A stretch of DNA of 64,000 nt from Eledone cirrhosa (lineage: Eukaryota): contig OZ024746.1 in the NCBI GenBank assembly GCA_964016885.1, forward strand, positions 81,282,001-81,346,000, in the 5' to 3' direction. The notes beneath the pieces are model-generated. The model ran no database searches. It had not been told where the DNA came from and was given only the letters and a program-made list of their open reading frames with translations. Positions within the stretch are counted from its first letter, which is position 1. Every line of letters begins with the position of its first letter. Shown here one piece after another: positions 63,717-64,000 of this stretch. The translations under genes and the position numbers were made by a program.

Positions 63717-64000
63717 AGATAGATAGATAGATACACACATATGTATATAATACACATGCATGTAGATTCACTTACAAATATGTAATGGGCACATTTTTTT
63801 TCACATACACATCTGCAGACATACACAGGCACAAACACATTATGCACATATATATACATATGTGCACACAAACACAGGGATGGGTGGAAGAGAGAAATAG
63901 ATAAATAAACAAACTAAGATAGCTGGTGTTTTAAAGAAAGTTTTAAAAGAGATTGACTTCTAATACCCTGTACCAAATAAAACCACATTAGCAAGACGTT

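Overview
AT-rich animal genomic DNA with many microsatellites and SINEs. The repeat families and intron style suggest an octopod cephalopod (inference). The window holds the 3' part of a YAP/TAZ/Yorkie gene on the minus strand as six coding exons: 29354-29577, 20641-20900, 17597-17744, 11733-11813, 6280-6389 and 4327-4407. All have GT-AG boundaries and compatible phases. They encode the C-half of WW1, all of WW2, a Q/P-rich region with a coiled coil, the HxRxxS/DSG phosphodegron and the acidic activation domain, ending in -GLLWL*. The exons for the TEAD-binding domain and WW1 N-half were not found, so 29578-64000 appears to be part of one >34 kb intron. The introns contain several SINE families, RTE and Tx1-like LINE fragments, piggyBac-, hAT- and Tigger-like MITEs, and microsatellites. 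Most notable observations: (1) a ~310 bp palindromic element whose arms each carry a type-I hammerhead-ribozyme-like core of the Penelope kind; (2) nested inverted repeats enclosing the frame-symmetric 81-nt exon that carries the conserved tyrosine; (3) a 26-bp minisatellite with an exact 16-unit higher-order repeat; (4) an altered C-terminal PDZ-binding motif; (5) a candidate 54-nt in-frame cassette exon that would insert into WW1. Nearly all ORFs in the supplied track are spurious. All alignments and folds were done by eye.
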